A stretch of 64,000 nucleotides of DNA, taken from NCBI RefSeq assembly GCF_032191835.1, contig NC_083238.1:30752001-30816000 (forward strand), in the 5' to 3' direction. Of the stretch, positions 60,130-64,000 are shown piece after piece. The position numbers and the translations under genes were made by a program. Below the pieces are notes generated by a model. It saw only the letters and a program-made list of their open reading frames with translations, ran no database searches and was not told where the DNA came from. The stretch's first letter is position 1. Each line of letters starts with the position of its first letter. This DNA is from Heteronotia binoei. Taxonomy: Eukaryota.

Positions 60130-63100
60130 TCTGTGGGTTATTCCCATCCATTCTTCAGGGAGGCAGGAAATACTTTTTTCTACTTCCTGTTGGCGCGTTC
60201 GGAATGACCCGCCCTTCAGTTCATTTCCTGCCTCTACAGGGAGAGCAGCTTAGATCAAGCCTTGCCTATCTAACTCTTAAACTCTAGATTTTCTTACATA
60301 TTTTCCGTCATAACTACCTTTATATACTTCCTTCACTGTTTTGCCTTATATTCTAACTCATTTTGATGAAGACTAACAAATAAAATCTGCTGCATTCTCC
60401 CTTACAGGAGAATGTTCCTCCATGTTCTGTGTTTCCTTTTTATATCTTACCACTTTTCTCCTCTGCCTCCCTCCCCCTCTCTCTTCAGAGGCCTACAGAG
60501 GATCGATACTTTTTTGCACTTTTGAAGTGCTCCTACATAATATTTTTTCTCTCACCAAACGGTGGAGGCAGAACACTCAGAGGCTTTTCTGACTGACAAG
60601 GAGTCAGAGGCGTCCACAGCTGTGATTGCTGCATACCTTTTAGGCGGGGCCGACATGCCTTCATGGCTTGCTCGTGCCATCCGTCTCGATGGAGCGCAGC
60701 AGTCAGCGACACTGGCGGCCAAATGACAGGCCAAGAAGTGCCATCTACTTTCAGGTGGGGCCAACTTGCCTTTGTGGCTTGTTTGTGCTATCCATCTCAA
60801 CAGAGCCCAGCAGGCAGCGGCAGCGGCAGTCAAATGACAGGCCAAGAAGCGCTGCTTGCTGGTAGAGCATGCCAGTCCTTCAGGGCTGTCAGTAGCTGGT
60901 GGTGGCCATTTTGGAGCCTCGGAGTCTGCATCTACTCCATTCCCTCCACATCAACTGGCAATGGCTGACAGTGACAGAGGTGCCTGTTCAGCATACCAGA
61001 CGGAGCAGGGTCCTCACAGAACCGCCTTCCTCAGTGGTAAAATATCCAATTCTGGGAGTTTATTTATTCCACATTGGGGTGATGCCTTCTGCAGAAACAT
61101 GCAAGAGGGGATGGCTTCTTTCTGCCCTAAGATGGCACTTATTTCACAGGGCTCTGATCAACCTCCTCAAACTTCTCAGCCCCTTCTGCCCTGGGTCACT
61201 AAGGCACCCAGGTAGGCTGTTACCCAAACAAAGAGATGGAGAAGCCCTGGAGCAGAACCTAGGTTATTTGACTCTGTGCCTGACGACTGTGTGGAGGGGG
61301 AATCCCTATCAAATCGGAGGAGGAGGAAGAAACCCAGGTGGCTTTCTTAACAAAGGCTATAGCAGCCCTTGCATTTCATGCTTACCTTCCACATGCATAG
61401 GAGCTTAAGGCTTCTTGTAGAAAGGTTATGGCCACGAGTACTAATGAGTTTTCCCTTTCATACTGTGGCTGAATATTTGAATGTCACCTCAGGGTGGAAT
61501 GGGGCAAACCTGACTCAAATGGGCAGTTTCCACATTTGTCTAAATGCTTTATGCTCTAATTATGCTGATGAGTTATTACAGGTCTCCCCAGTTGATGGGC
61601 CGTGGCAGCATTGCAGTCTACTGGTCTGCTTCCTGAGGATGGTGAGAGCTTCCACTACAGCCTCCATCACATCCAGAGCAACAATCGTCTGGGTCCGCAG
61701 GGTTAGCCAGGTCTTGTCAGAGAACAACCACTGCCTCCTTGAAGGCACTAGCAGGAGGCTGAAGGCTTCCTTCTTTCTTGCTGATGCCACCTTAGACAGC
61801 TTAATGTTCATGTCTAAGGCCATGACTTCCACCACTGTGGCTAGGAGGCTGAGTGCTTGGCCTGCAGGCATGCTTCCCAAATCTATGGTATCTGCATTCC
61901 AGAGGGATAGTCTTCTTGGTGATTGCCTTGGTAGATATCTGGTGAAGACACATGACTGGAAACACACTGTGTCTCTGTACATCTGTCACTTTGATAGGGA
62001 AATCACTCCTTTTGTGCTTAGTACTCCTTGCCCAGGTTTTGGTCTGTGCCCCCCCCCAAGGCAATGTGAGTCCAATCCCATGCAAGCATGGCTGCATGTC
62101 CCTTCCAATGGGAGTCAGGTTTTTGACCTTCCTTCTGGTCTGGAGGTATTCTCAAGAAGACTTGTGGACCCTAGATGTCATTGTTCATGGCTACACCTTA
62201 AAATCCACAATCTCCCATTGGAACGACTTATTCAGTCTCTGGTGTTCAAGGTCTGCATCCAAAGAATAATCACTGAACAGGCCATACAGCATTTTGTCAC
62301 ATTTCAATTATGCAGCCCATTCCCCTTCCAGAGTAGGATTAGGGAGTATATTCCATTTTATTCACAGTTTCTGAGAGAAATACCAATTGGAGGGCCAGTT
62401 TGGATCTCAAGTTTCTCAACAAGTTTGTCAAGCTTCAGGGCTTGCTCAGGGAATCTTTGAAGTCCATAAGAGAGACCCTTCAACCCCAGATATTTTTTTA
62501 CTTCAGTAGTCCTGACTGATGTCTACTTACACATCCCCATTAATCCTGCTCACAGAATATTTCTCAGATTTGCAGTGAATGGCCAATGTTCCCAATGCTG
62601 GACACTTCCTTTTGGACTTTCCAAGACCCCCAGGGCATGTACCAAGATCCTGGTAAACCTTGTAGTCCACCTCAGGCACCAGGAGATTTATGTCCATCCA
62701 TAATTGGACGCCCTTCTCATCAGGTCCAGCAGCAGCCTCTCCAAATACATTCGGGGCACCTAGTCCACTCTCCGCTCACAGCAACATGATTTTATTGTAA
62801 ACCAGTCAAAGAGTTCCCTTCAACTGGGAACCATCATTGATACATCCTGCAGTTCCCTTTTCCGCCCACTGGAAAAGGTGTAGGATCCAGGCTGCTGTAA
62901 TCCTGGTAATCCAGGACAACTTCTCATCCCTATTGTTTCTGGACAAACTCATGTGTCTGCTGATCTTCTGCTTAGACACAGTCCTGTGGGCCAGGCTTCA
63001 TTCCAGACCACTGCAGCATTCCCTTCGTTCCTACCAGTTGTCCATCATGGGAAAGAGGATTTTTCATCTCTGGATTCCTGTATCCATCAGATCCAGTCTT

Positions 63101-64000
63101 CTCTGGCAGGTGAAGGTCAGCGGCCTTTGACAGGGCGAGGTAGTATATGCCCAGGTCTATAGGGAGTTCTTCACAGCTGCAAGCCCTCAACATTGGGGAG
63201 CTATCCTGAACAAGGTTCTGTTACAGGGTCAGTGGACTCTCGAAGAACAGAGTCTTCCCATCAACTTCTAGAACTCAGGGTCATCCAGCTGGTTCTGAAT
63301 TACTTCAGGTTGGATCCGGCCCATCAGCCTGTCTTTATCCGGATGGACAACATCGCTACCAAGGCATATCTGTACTAGCAAGGGGCTCTCAGTCAGCTCC
63401 ACAGAGTGGATTTGAGGATCTTGGCCTGGGAAGAGAGGAATCTCCTATCAGAGTGGAGTACATCAGGGGGGTGGACAGCACATGGCTGGACTGGCGGAGG
63501 GGAACGGTCCTTTCATCCCAAGATCTTCAACCTCATTCGCCAACACCTAGGATGTTCTTTCTTTCTAGGATGTCCTTTGCATCAAGCATGAATCAATTTC
63601 CTCACTTCTTTCATGGGGTATTACTGCATGAAGGTGGAGGCGATCAACGTTCTCACGTCTTCCTGCCCCAGGACTCCTCTTTGCTTCCCTCTGCTTCTAC
63701 TCATTCCTAAGACGTTTTGCAGGATTTGGGAACAGGCAGCCAAAGTCATACTGGTGGCCTGTCGTAGGGCTCAACATCCTTGGCTCTTGGCGATTACAGA
63801 GATCTGCCCTCCTCTGTCTATTCCAGTCTCTCCAGACAGGCTTAATCAGAGCCTGATCTGGTGCCCCCAGGAAGACTGGCTTTGTTTTCCCACTGGAGAT
63901 TGAGTGCAAAACACTCTTCTGGTTACTCTTCTGGAGTAAAAGGCTATCCAAGAGCCAATCACATGCACAACACTATCTGGACAGTTTTTGTGAGATGGTG
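60130..64000 (+). mobile_element. Second decayed DIRS1-type retrotransposon, running off the window end
   Basis: gag-like FLADATLDSL..SKAMTSTTVARR in ORF 61369..62460. RT motifs (DLWTLDVIVHGY, DLKFLN, DVYLHIPI, LPFGLSKTPR, YLDD decayed to *LDA). RNase H IRMDNIATKAYL. The 5' boundary is approximate. Confidence 0.88.

Overview
Vertebrate (squamate, most likely gecko) genomic window, not prokaryotic. The repeat content includes Sauria-type SINEs, 5S-derived SINEs, BovB, CR1/L3, L2, hAT and Harbinger-like MITEs and DIRS1. Two genes are readable, both on the + strand. (1) A complete two-exon SP5 zinc-finger gene, CDS join(10618..10668,11427..12476), 366 aa. It lies in a ~7.6 kb stretch with no recognisable transposon and has a TCF/LEF plus helper-site promoter and a 15-codon uORF ending 2 nt before the start codon. 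(2) The 5' part of ERICH2, reconstructed by hand as seven phase-consistent coding exons (27782..27789, 27873..27921, 42786..42834, 43666..43702, 44930..45013, 47330..47406, 56090..56286; 167 codons). Its 3' exons were not found in the window. The order SP5-ERICH2 matches the vertebrate MYO3B-SP5-ERICH2-GAD1 synteny as I recall it. The rest is intergenic or intronic DNA with many nested transposon relics, two decayed DIRS1 tyrosine-recombinase retrotransposons and one assembly gap (59586..59714). I see no wholly new gene system. The best leads are regulatory (SP5 uORF, promoter grammar, candidate enhancers), a possible second-frame N-terminus of ERICH2, and a possible local inversion around a DIRS element. 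All family and orthologue assignments come from recalled consensus motifs, not from database searches.
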